DNA from: Chiloscyllium plagiosum | Taxonomy: Eukaryota | Direction of reading: 5' to 3' | Length of the DNA: 64,000 bases | Assembly (NCBI RefSeq): GCF_004010195.1 | Contig: NC_057719.1 | Location: 71,614,800 to 71,678,799, forward strand | Shown: positions 10,813-22,205 of the stretch, piece after piece | How the letters are laid out: every line of letters starts with the position of its first letter | Position numbering within the stretch: position 1 is the first letter of the stretch | Position numbers and translations under genes: made by a program | Notes under the pieces: model-generated | Told to the model about the DNA's origin: nothing | The model's database searches: none | What the model saw: only the letters and a program-made list of their open reading frames with translations

Positions 10813-10944
10813 TGTAAAAGCAAGAACTGCAGATGCTGGAAACCAGAGTCTAGATGAGAATGGTGTTGGAAAAGCACAGCAGGTCAGGCAGCATCCAAGA
10901 AGCAGGAAAATCAACGTTTCGGGCAAAAGTCCTTCATCAGGAAT
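10813..10944 (-). mobile_element. Penelope-like terminal repeat with hammerhead core
   Basis: Minus strand CTGATGA-a-ggac-tttt-gccc-GAAAC-GTT at 10913-10940. Confidence 0.75.
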
Positions 10945-10946
10945 CC

Positions 10947-11035
10947 GTGATGAAGGAGCGACGCTCCGAAAGCTAGGGTGCTTCCAATCAAACCTTTTGG
11001 ACTATAACCTGGTGTTGTGTGATTTTTAACTTTGT
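10947..11035 (+). mobile_element. Second Penelope-like terminal-repeat family with hammerhead core
   Basis: gTGATGA-a-ggagc-gac-gctcc-GAAA-GCTA followed by ggactataacctggtgttgtgtgatttttaac. Confidence 0.7.
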
Positions 11036-11039
11036 ACTT

Positions 11040-11560
11040 TGTTCAGTATTGTCATTCCTATTTAAGGAAGGATATAATTGTATTGCTTGCAATTCAGACA
11101 AGCTTTACCAAACTAAAACCTAGAATGAGTGGGTTGTCTTATGATGAATGATTTGACATAATAAGCTTGTATCTGCTGAAGTTTAGAAGAATAGGCAGTG
11201 ACTTGACTGAAACACAGAAGATCTTGAGGGGTCTTAACAGGGCAGATGTGGAAAAATAGTTTACTCTTATGGGAGAATGGGTCACAATTTAAGAAGAAGG
11301 AGTCATCTATTTAAGCTAAGAAATTAAGACAATTTTTTTTCTCACAAAACAGTATGAAAGCTTTGGAGCTTTGTTGCTCAAAAAGCAAAGGAAGCAACAA
11401 ATCTGAATATCTTTAAGGCAGAAGCAAATAGATTCTTGATAAACAAAAGGGTAAAAGGTTATCAGGATGGTGAATAATGCGGAGTAATCAGGCATGATCA
11501 GCCATGATCTTATTGAGTGGCACAGCAAACTTGAGGGACATACTCCTACTCCTCTATATG
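11040..11560 (+). mobile_element. Decayed CR1-type LINE 3' region
   Basis: gttcagtattg...tatttaaggaaggatata...gaagtttagaagaat...cagccatgatcttattgagtggcacagcaaacttgaggg. Confidence 0.7.
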
Positions 11561-12613
11561 TTTCATCAACAAAGGGGGACATGTGTAGGAAGGTCATCTT
11601 GAATGTCTACTCCCCAGATTGGTGTAAGTTGACAATTTCCATTCCTAAATGATGTTTAAGATTTAAATGGTTTGTAAATATCCCATCTCTGAATTTATAT
11701 TAGCCACAAAAAGCTGTAAATAGACAGGTTAAAGCTGAAATGTACAAAATAAGATGAGGCACTGCACACTGTATAGTATCCACTGTATTTGTATTACTGG
11801 TCCAGTTTAGGTTTTAGTCAATGGAAGTTTGATAGAAGGGAGTTTGATGAGAGGGAATGTGACAATACTGACGCTGGGATAGTGATCTCCGTCTCAGGTA
11901 CTGTTTGCCCAGTGGATAGCACACCCATACTCAGTGGCAATAGCTAAACTTGCAGAAGGATCCCCATCCTTTACCTAGGTACGTCTGACTGGCCCCGGCC
12001 CTATCAGTCTGCCCTGACCTGACATGGATGGTGCACGGCCACTGATGTTGCTTCATCCTCCAAGAGCAACCCCAGTAATGGTCATCAGCGGTTAAGGCCG
12101 ATGGCTACTGGGGCCATGTTGCAGATGGTGCAGCTGACCTCTCCACTATTGGTAAATAGCCATTGTACACACACCATTTATTTCCTTTGTCTCCTTAATT
12201 ACTTTAACTGCCTGCTCACTAGTGCTGTGTGGTGTGCTAGCAAGAATTTCAACTCACTCCTGGGCAAGACAGCCATCATGATACCACTCCAAAATCATGT
12301 GCCTTAATTTCCCAGCCTTCCTATCTCTAACCTTCTTTCAGCAGCTTGGGAAAACCCTCCCCAATGCTTTGTTTCTCTCATCCTATTATTTAAAATAGTT
12401 TCTTCCAACATATGTTTTGCATCACGTCACACACCATTACTCAAGGTGCAAGCACCTTGTTCCTAGTTCACTACTAGTGATCTGCTTTGCTCCCTTCCCA
12501 AGTCAACATTAGGAGCTCCAGTCAGGAACTATAGTTGTAATTCCAAGTCTTACCACAACTCAGTTGTGGCAACCTCCTGGATGTAACTTTGAAATCCATT
12601 CAACACCAAGTAA

Positions 12614-12664
12614 TGCTTCCAAATAAACCTGTTGGACTATAACCTGGTGTTGTGTGATTTTTAA
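12614..12664 (+). mobile_element. 51-bp Penelope-like tail insertion with perfect 17-bp TSD
   Basis: cattcaacaccaagtaa at 12597-12613 and 12665-12681; insert matches 10979-11029. Confidence 0.85.
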
Positions 12665-13266
12665 CATTCAACACCAAGTAACTCCTGTAAGCAGTGCCAA
12701 AGCTCATATTGCTCGAGTTCTGGTCACAGCATAAATGTGCTTGGAAAATCATTTACCCTTTTCAGCTTTATTATCTAAAGGTGATTATTTTTATCGATAA
12801 ATGCAACTTTATACTGTTCATTTAAAGTTTGTCATTAAAATGGCAATGGTTTATTGTTCCCTGAAATAGTTTCTGGAATTTCCAGCTCTGAATTCCTTAC
12901 AGCACAACATATTGTTATGGGTAGAAGTGGGATATAACGGGATAAATTCCCCTTTTCCCTCACTACTCGGGTGTCTGAAACAAGTTGTGTGTTTTATTAC
13001 TTTGATATTATGATTGTCATCAACAAATGTGAAACAGCATTTGGGTAAGTTTTTTCTTTCAAGGAAAGATGATGAAAAACAAAATAAAAACATGAACGAA
13101 AAACACCCACTGCCTCATGGACAAACACACAAAGTTAGATTTGAGAGACAATGTGTATGTTTAGTTTATTAGCAGAAATGCAAAAAATAAATCATGTGTT
13201 CATATTTTATTCCTTTAAGATGCAGACAGTTGGGTTCCCTCTTGTGGTTAATTGCAAAAGTAAGAT

Positions 13267-13563
13267 TTTAGATTAGATTAGATTCCCTACAGTATGGAAA
13301 CAGGCCCTTCGGCCCAACAAGTCCACACCAACCCTCTGAAGAGTAACCCACCCAGACCCTACATTTATCCCTGACTAATGCACCTAAAACTATGGACAAT
13401 TCACTTATCCTGCACATCTTTGTGGAATGAAACCAGAGTACCCGGAGGAAACCCATACAGAGACAGGGAGAACGTGCAAATTCCACACAGACAGTCGCCC
13501 GAGGCCGGAATTGAACCCAGGTCCCTGGTGCTGTGAGGCAGCAGTGCTAACCACTGTGCCACC
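13267..13563 (-). mobile_element. tRNA-derived SINE (HE1-like)
   Basis: Minus strand ggtggcacagtggttagcactgctgcctcacag...gggttcaattcc (A/B boxes), CR1-like tail and (AATCT)n end. Confidence 0.88.
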
Positions 13564-14014
13564 CTTAATTATTGGATCACCGGGCAAGATTATGGTGAGT
13601 TTTTGTAGAGATAAATTCCTGCAGCGGAAAACAAATTAGTCCACCATGCGCGTATGAATTCACTGGTTGATGGTCAGAGTTATGTTCTTCTGGTTAAGGA
13701 ATGGTCCTTCTTGACCTGTTGATCTCCAGACTAGTTTAAGTTCCACCTTGGTTCTTAGGCTTTAGGTAGTAGGCTTTGATCTCTGTGGCCAGTTTTGGTA
13801 ACATAGTAAATACACACAGAATTCACCCAGAATAATGTTGAACACTGAACCCACTGCTACACAATGGAGAAATATGTTCTTCATTACATATTGTTGGATG
13901 ATTGTACAGATATCAGAAAAAAACCATATTATTATCACAGCTAGATTGATATCATGACTTGTGACGCTGCAATATAGGAAGTGTCCATCTTACTGTCTGT
14001 TTATTTGTACATTC

Positions 14015-14250
14015 TAGACTAGAGTGGTGCTGGAAAAGCACAGCAGTTCAGACAGCATCCGAGGAGCAGGAAAATTGACGTTTTGGCAAAAGCCCTTCAT
14101 CAGGAATAGAGGCTCTATTCCTGATAAAGGGCTTTTACCCGAAACATCGATTTTCCTGCTCCTCAGATGCTGCCTGAACTGCTGTGCTTTTCCAGCACCA
14201 CTCTAGTCTAGCATCTGGTTTCCAGCATCTGCAGCCCTTGCTTTTACCTG
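14015..14250. mobile_element. Palindromic (back-to-back) Penelope-like terminal-repeat mini-element with 16-bp TSD
   Basis: Inverted arms 14014-14111 / 14113-14211; gtttatttgtacattc 13999-14014 vs gtttatgtgtacattc 14251-14266. Confidence 0.85.
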
Positions 14251-14314
14251 GTTTATGTGTACATTCAGTCAGTCAGCAGCTAAGCAAGCAGGTAGCTAGG
14301 CTGCTGGTCAATTA

Positions 14315-15100
14315 GAAGAAAGTGAGGACTGTAAATGCTGGAAAATCAGAATCAAAACATTTGGTGTTGGAAAAGCACAGCAGGTCAGGCAGCATCCGAG
14401 GAGCAGGAAAGTTGATGTTTTGGGCATAAGCCCTTCATCAGGAATGTGGAGGGGGAACAGAGCTGAGAGATAAATGGGGGAGTGGGGGTGGTGCTGGGTG
14501 GAAGGTAGCTGGGACGGCGTTAGGTGGATGCAGGTGGGGTAATCATGATAGGTCGGTGGGGAAGGTGGAGCAGATAGGTGGGAAGGAAGATGAACAGGTA
14601 GGACAGTTCAAGAGGGTGGTGCCGAGTTGGAGGTCAGATCTACGATGATGTGGGGGGGAGAGGGGGGATTTGGAAACTAGTGAAGTTGATGTTGATGCCA
14701 TGTGGTTAAAGAGTCCCAAGGCGGAAGATGATGCGTTCTTCCTCCAGTTGTTGGTTGGCTTGATTTGGCTGTGGAGGAGGCCCAGGACTTGCATGTCCTT
14801 GGGGGAGTGGGAGAGGGGGGGTTGAAGTGGTCAGCCCTAGGGCAGTGGGGTAGTTTGGTGCGTGTGTCCCAAAGATGTTCCTTGAAACGCTCCACGGGTT
14901 GGCCTCCTGTAAAGGAGGCCACATCGAGAGCAATGAACACAGTAGATTAGATGGGTGAATGTGCAGGAAAATCTCGGCTGGATGTGGAAAGATTCTTTGG
15001 GGCCTTGGATGGAGGTGAAGGGAGAAGTGTGGGTGCAGGTTTTACACCTCCTGTGGCAACAAGGGAAGGTTCCGGGTGTGGAGGGTGGGTTGGTGGAGGG
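14315..15100 (-). mobile_element. Penelope-like element 3' part (GIY-YIG endonuclease C-terminus + terminal repeat)
   Basis: ERFKEHLWDT...DHFNPPS, MQVLGLLH, LEEERIIFRLGTL; decayed hammerhead core at about 14410-14440. Confidence 0.85.
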
Positions 15101-15849
15101 TGTGCTAGTCAGTTAGTCAACTATGTGAACAATGTAACTGTAATTGCATCCAGACTGTGTAGGTAAATCTTAAATGTCATCTTAATGTATGTCGTTAGTT
15201 AAAAAACACTCAAATATCTGACTCAAAATGAGTGTTATGTGGACTTGCATATAGTGAATCACAGGGCATATCATAGTGGCAGGAGAGGCAGCAATTGTAC
15301 ACTGAAAGATGGTAACTGCAAGTGGGCACCACAATCTGACAGCAAGCTGGTACCAATGAGAAAATTGCGAAAAGTTATTTTCCTACCAGTCACCCATCAC
15401 AAGGCAATGTCAGAGCTGAAGTTCCCAATAACAATTGAGACTGAAGGCTGCAGCTGTACTGAAGCAAGAAGTATTTGTGCATTCACCAACTCTCTCTTGA
15501 TTTGAAACGATAGTGGAGACCACAGCTGATCCACGTTAAAAAACAATTTTTAAAATGTGACTGTTTTAAAGGGTTTTTAAATGGTAGGATGGGGATGATT
15601 TAGGTGCTCCTCGCATAAAATCAAGAAAAAATATTTTAAAATGTTTTAAGCATCAAAAATGCCTCACCTGTCTCCAGAGGTTGGTTGATTCAGCCAAATT
15701 TGCATCAAAATGAAAAAGGCATTCATGACATTATCATTCACTCGCTTTTGGCCTGAATGCTATCCAAAGGCAAAAGCCACAATTTTTAAACCATTTACTT
15801 TTAAAGATACAACAACAGAAAACAGAGAAACAACAATAAGAGTAACAAA

Positions 15850-16580
15850 AAGATGGGGTACTGGGCTAATGGTCGGATACTTGGCAGTGTGGATGAGCAG
15901 AGGGATCTTGGTGTTCATGTACACAGATCTCTGAAAGTTGCCACCCAGGTAAATAGTGCGGTGAAGAAGGCATATGGCGTACTGGCTTTTATTGGTAGAG
16001 GAATTGAGTTCCGGAGTCCTGAGGTCATGTTGCAGTTGTATAAGACTCTGATGTGGCCGCATCTGGAGTATTGTGTGCAGTTTTGGTCGCCTTACTATAG
16101 GAAGGATGTGGAGGCACTGGAACGGGCACAGAGGAGGTTTACCAGGATGTTGCCTGGTATGGTAGGAAGATCGTATGAGGAAAGGTTGAGGCACTTGGGT
16201 TGTTTTTATTGGAGAAAAGGTGGTTTAGGGGTGACTTGATAGAGGTGTACAAGATGATTAGGGGTTTAGATAGGGTTGACCGTGAGAACCTTTTTCCACG
16301 TATGGAGTCAGCTATTACGAGGGGGCATAGCTTTAAATTAAGGGGTGGTAGGTATAGGACAGATGTTAGGGGTAGGTTCTTTACTCAGCGAGTCGTCAGT
16401 TCATGGAATGCCCTGCCAGTAGCAGTGGTGGACTCTCCCTCTTTATGGGCATTTAAGCGGGCATTGGATAGGCATATGGAGGATAGTGGGCTAATGTAGG
16501 TTAGGTGGGCTTGGATCGGCGCAACATCGAGGGCCAAAGGGCCTGTACTATGCTGTATTCTTCTATGTTCTATGTTCTAT
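15850..16580 (+). mobile_element. CR1-type LINE 3' fragment (ORF2 C-terminus + tail)
   Basis: EQRDLGVHVH...LQLYKTLMWPHLEYCVQFWSP...RGDLIEVYKMIRG...FFTQRVVSSWNALP; (TTCTATG)n tail. Confidence 0.93.
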
Positions 16581-17564
16581 AAATAAAAACACAGAAGAAG
16601 AAGCTATACACTTCAACACAGATTCTTTACCTTCTGGTACAGTAAGGAGCATCAAAAAGGTCTCCTGCATTTTGTGGCATAAGGATTTTTTTTTCCCTAA
16701 GAGATACTGGTCTCAAATGTGCAAGAAGTCCAAATATTTAGAGAAAACCAAAGTGCAATACAGTTCTCTGAACAGTATGTAAAGCCAACACAGGAACAAT
16801 AGCAAAGATGTTTCCAAATTCCCGTGCATTGGAATGCAGGCATGTAAAATGGTTAACTGCAACATAATAGCTTTCAGAGCCCAGCAGAGAGTGCCGTTGT
16901 CAACCTGACTCACCCAACAGCTGTCATCAGAAAAGTTGATATCTTTACCACCATCCAAGTGATATACCCAAAAGGAAATGGACAACGTACACTATTTGCC
17001 TATATTGACACTGGTTTACATGCAACTATGCACTTTAAATGAGAGTCTGGCATAGTGCGGGGCAGTCCATGATCTTTGAACTTCTTACAATGAGAATGAC
17101 ATCCTACATTGGCATATCCATCTTAAATGTTAATATGGCTGCTTAGAATGAACACATGAAACCTTTTACATCATTGCTACCTCCTATCATTGGTCTTCCA
17201 GCATGGACAGGTCTACATATCATCACAAAGTGCGAGGTGACCAATACATCCATTCCAAACCAACAATTCCGTACCCCAGCATCAAATCCAACCACGAATG
17301 CAAATTCCCTAGCCAGACTGGTTTGATTCCAATGGTAATTTTAAAAAGGATGCAGCAATACATCTGAAAGCAGTTTCTCAGGCCACCATCAGTCTCTGCT
17401 TCAGAGCAACATTTACAATCAGCTCAGATTGGAATTGGAGTACATGCTTCAAATAACATCACTATGTTTTAAATGAAATCACCATAGCTACATAAATACA
17501 AGTCAATCATTAAACCACTTCGTACACATAGAAAACCCATCTGCCACTAGTTCAATGTTTAATA

Positions 17565-17931
17565 CAGCAAGTGTTTTTATTATCTGGTACCTGTGGAACA
17601 AGCAATGTGCTGGTTGATCAAACATTCCTGTTGATCAAGAGATCGACATAATCAAAGTATAAACACACACTAAGTAACCTCAATGAAATGCAGGGGGTGT
17701 ATGCATCACTATTATACTGTTATTTAGACCACAAATCACAAATTATAATACAACTTTGCCTTAAGTGAAACTTAGCAGCAGAAAGCCATCTCACTTGCAT
17801 GCTCAAGTGACTGCTCAGACATGATGGAGATTGCAATAATACCATAAACGGCTGGTATTGGAGGTATATAATTTGTGCTGGTTTATTGAGAATACTGGTT
17901 CGTAAACTGCCAGTTAAAACGAAGCTTGTTG
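17565..17931. mobile_element. Tc1/mariner (Tigger-like) MITE, copy 1
   Basis: TA on both sides, imperfect TIRs starting CAGCAA; both ends similar to 24717-25064. Confidence 0.65.
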
Positions 17932-18959
17932 TACTCCAACACGGAAATAAATTATATTTAAAACATACATAAATCACCCATCTTACATCACAACATTCAA
18001 GGGGCATCCTTTAAAGGGGAACTTTCTGGAACAGAAGAACATACAAATTAGGAGCAACTCATCTATATGGCCTGCTTCATCATTTAGAGCAATTATGGCT
18101 GATCTCACTGGGACCTCTGCATAACCCTTTAACCCGTTACTCCAGACTTCAGGTATTCTGTGAACAAACAGTAAAAGTCACCTGCAGCTTGTCAGCCACC
18201 TCAAAGTCTTTGTTTAATGTTTACTTAATGTTTATAAAGAAATGTCAGTTCCAGAAAATTTATTGCTGAATACAGTTTGTGTTCCAAGGTATGAATATTT
18301 CATGCCTTTAACAGGAATGACAATGTGGAAAAATATAAACCAAGTATTCTTAGAAAACACCTTCACAAACATGGGGAAATGTGTCTCTACAACTTGTGTT
18401 TAATAAATAGATTTTGCTGTGGTTCACAGGAAATTAATGGATGCTCTTTAACACATTGGTGAATTTGAATCTTTTGACACAACCCTATGACTGTGGCCGT
18501 GTGGGAGCTTGCAGAATGACTAATTACTTGTTATTCACTGAGTCATTGTTGAATTCTGTTTTCTCTTGTTTTCTTGGTGTTTTTTCAAACGTGCAAAACT
18601 AAGTAACACCTCTCATTTGATTGCAGGCAGGAACTTTTGCTTTTAGATTAGTCTGCGTATCATCACAGATAGAATCACAGAATTGTTACAATGCAGAAAG
18701 GGGCTAGTCAGTCTATCTTATCTGCACCAGTTCACCAAATGAACAACTGACTTAACCCCCCCCACTCCCTAGCCTTTTCCCTGTAACTCAACACATTCTT
18801 CCTTTTCAGGTAACAGTCTATTTTCCTTTCAATTGAACATTCTCTCCATCATATAATCCTGCAGTGCACACCAAACATTACCCACTTATTGTGCAAAGAT
18901 GTTTTTCCTTGTCAATTTTGTTACTTTTGTCAATTACTTTAAATCTGTGCCTTCTTGTT

Positions 18960-20420
18960 ACTCACTGAATCCCCCACTATTAACATCTTGTGGAGTTACC
19001 ATCACCATAAACTGAACTGGATTAGCCAAATAAATACATTGGCTACAAGAGCAGGTCGGAGGCTAGGAATACTGCTGTGAGCAACTCACCTCCTGACTCC
19101 CTAAAGCCTGTCCACCAACTACAAGGTGCACATAATGGAATATTCCCCACTTGCTTAGATGAGCGCAGCTTCAAAAATATTCATGCAGCTTCACATCATC
19201 CAGGACAAAGTAGCCTGCTGATTGGCACCACATCCATAAACAATTCCCCTTTCACCACTAATGCTGAGTAGCAGCAGTGTGTACCACATACAGCATCTAC
19301 TGTAACAATTCACCAAATATCCTAGATGCAACTTTCAAACCTACACCCACTTCCAAGATACTCACCATCCTGACTTGGAAATATATCACTTTTGCTAGGT
19401 CAAAATCTTGGAACTCCACGCCTAATGGTATTTTTGGTGTACCCATTCCAAATGGACAGTAGTGGTTGTGAGATATTATGTTATAGGTCATCTTTATTAA
19501 CTCACTCACCAGCTCGCTATATTCATTAATACCAAGTTCCCGTTCATTCATTCATTACTCTTTACTAACCCGTTAGTCACTATATTCATTCATTCATTCA
19601 TTAATAATACCATGGTTCCTGAGTATATTTTTCTATCCAAATCTAAAAACAACCCTTTCAAACACATTACTGGATTTTCACACCTTATCAGCCCTTGCTA
19701 CAAGCAGTGTTGACCTCTGAATAAGTACAGAGCAATACCATTCCCATCAAGTCTCCACAAAACGTTACAATATTAATCAGCCGTTACTAACCATCTCCAG
19801 GATCTGAATAGGTTGCCCAATTAGTATATACATGATAAATACCTTTTAACTGGACCATTATTCCTTTAAGAAACAGTGCTTCCATGAAATTGCATGAATG
19901 AATGAAACTCATACCAACAAATAGTAAATAAATCTCACAACCCAGCTGCAGTCATCAGTTTAATATCCTTTATTCTTTTATTAAGGACAGATACAATTTC
20001 TAACTTTTTTAGAGCATATAGGCCTCATATTTTTACAAACATTTACTAACTTAAAAGACAAACAGACTAATACCTCTTAATTATGCAAGCAGACCGGACA
20101 GACACACTTTTAATCCCATCAGAAGCAGCCGACAGCATTTAGAACGTTTTAACCAGTCTCCAGTCTCCCAGGACGGAAGCCAAACCTTTGTGTACTACAG
20201 ATAAAACAATTTAACACCACAGTAATGGAATTTTAATATATGTAAGAACTGTGTATAAAGGGGCTCTGGTAAGAACTATGTTTCAGGACTCTATGGCCAT
20301 TATTTGAACACAACCCCACAACTTCAAGAAGGCAGTTCACCACCATCTTCTCCAGGGCACCTAGGGATGGGCAATAAATGCTGGTCCAGCCAGTGTCGCC
20401 CAAATCCCATCAGTGAATTT
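18960..20420 (+). mobile_element. Decayed CR1/L2-group LINE 3' region, split by an insertion at 19467-20320
   Basis: ggctacaagagcaggtcggaggctaggaat...ggacagtagtggt | tcaagaaggcagttcaccacc...gggatgggcaataaatgctgg. Confidence 0.65.
19467..20320. mobile_element. LTR-like insertion (TG...CA)
   Basis: Interrupts the LINE; starts tgtgag, ends ccccaca; no clear TSD. Confidence 0.4.
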
Positions 20421-20532
20421 TATAAAAGATGGATTTACTTCCTTTTGAAGCGAGTGAAAATTTGTTTTCACGGACCTTCACCAATCAGCCCGTAGTTGTA
20501 ATTTCCATAGAGACAGATAAATTTTAAAAATG

Positions 20533-20598
20533 GTCGGTACAACATCGTGGGCTGAAGGGCCTGTTCTGTGCTGTACTGTTCTATGCTCTATGCTCTAT
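20533..20598 (+). mobile_element. CR1-type LINE extreme 3' tail
   Basis: ggtcggtacaacatcgtgggctgaagggcctgttctgtgctgtactgttctatgctctatgctctatg. Confidence 0.8.
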
Positions 20599-20599
20599 G

Positions 20600-22205
20600 C
20601 ACGCAATATTCCAACAGTGGCCTAACCAATGTCCAGGACAACCACAACATGACCTCCCAACTCCTGTACTCAATACTCGGACCAATAAAGGAAAGCATAC
20701 CAAACACCTTCTTCACTATCCTATCTACCTGCGACTCCACTTTCAAGGAGCTATGAACCTGCACTCCAAAGTCTCTTTGTTCAGCAACACTCCTTGGACC
20801 TTACCATTAAGTGTATAAGTCCTGCTAAGATTTGCTTTCCCAANNNNNNNNNNNNNNNNNNNNNNNNNNNNNNNNNNNNNNNNNNNNNNNNNNNNNNNNN
20901 NNNNNNNNNNNNNNNNNNNNNNNNNNNNNNNNNNNNNNNNNNNNNNNNNNNNNNNNNNNNNNNNNNNNNNNNNNNNNNNNNNNNNNNNNNNNNNNNNNNN
21001 NNNNNNNNNNNNNNNNNNNNNNNNNNNNNNNNNNNNNNNNNNNNNNNNNNNNNNNNNNNNNNNNNNNNNNNNNNNNNNNNNNNNNNNNNNNNNNNNNNNN
21101 NNNNNNNNNNNNNNNNNNNNNNNNNNNNNNNNNNNNNNNNNNNNNNNNNNNNNNNNNNNNNNNNNNNNNNNNNNNNNNNNNNNNNNNNNNNNNNNNNNNN
21201 NNNNNNNNNNNNNNNNNNNNNNNNNNNNNNNNNNNNNNNNNNNNNNNNNNNNNNNNNNNNNNNNNNNNNNNNNNNNNNNNNNNNNNNNNNNNNNNNNNNN
21301 NNNNNNNNNNNNNNNNNNNNNNNNNNNNNNNNNNNNNNNNNNNNNNNNNNNNNNNNNNNNNNNNNNNNNNNNNNNNNNNNNNNNNNNNNNNNNNNNNNNN
21401 NNNNNNNNNNNNNNNNNNNNNNNNNNNNNNNNNNNNNNNNNNNNNNNNNNNNNNNNNNNNNNNNNNNNNNNNNNNNNNNNNNNNNNNNNNNNNNNNNNNN
21501 NNNNNNNNNNNNNNNNNNNNNNNNNNNNNNNNNNNNNNNNNNNNNNNNNNNNNNNNNNNTGGCTCCACACAAAGGCCGCCTTGCTGATCTTTGAGGGGCC
21601 CTGTTCTCTCCCTATTTACCCTTTTGTCCTTAATATATTTGTAAGAACCCTTTGGATTCTTCTGAATTCTATTTGCCAAAGCTATCTCATGTCCCCTTTT
21701 TGCCCTCCTGATTTCCCTCTTAAGTATACTCCTACTTTCTTTATACTCTAAGGATTCACTCTATCTATCCTGCCTATACCTGGCATATGCTTCCTTTTTT
21801 TTAAACTAAACCCTCAATTTCTTTAGTCATCCAGCATTCCCTATATCTGCCAGCCTTCCCTTTCACCCTGACAGGAATATACTTTCTCTGGATTCTTGTT
21901 ATCTCATTTCTGAAGACTTCCCATTTTCCAGCCATCCCTTTACCTGCGAACATCTGCCTCCAATCAGCTTTCAAAAGTTCTTGCCTAATACCGTCAAAAT
22001 TGGTCTTTCTCCAACTTAGGACTTCAACATTTAGATCTGGTCTATCCTTTTCCATCACTATTTTAAAATGAATAGAATTATGGTCGCTGGCCCTAAAGTG
22101 CTCCCCCACTGACACCTCAGTCACCTGCCCTGCCTTATTTCCCAAGAGTAGGTCATGTTTTGCACTCTCTCTCGTAGGTACATCCACATACTGAATCAGA
22201 ATTTC
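20600..22205 (-). mobile_element. CR1-type LINE ORF2 fragment spanning a gap
   Basis: QYVDVPTRESAKHDLLLGN...SDHNSIHF, IQKNPKGSYKYIKDKR, and RT C-terminal sequence at 20600-20843. Confidence 0.9.
20844..21559. other. Assembly gap
   Basis: Run of N. Confidence 1.
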
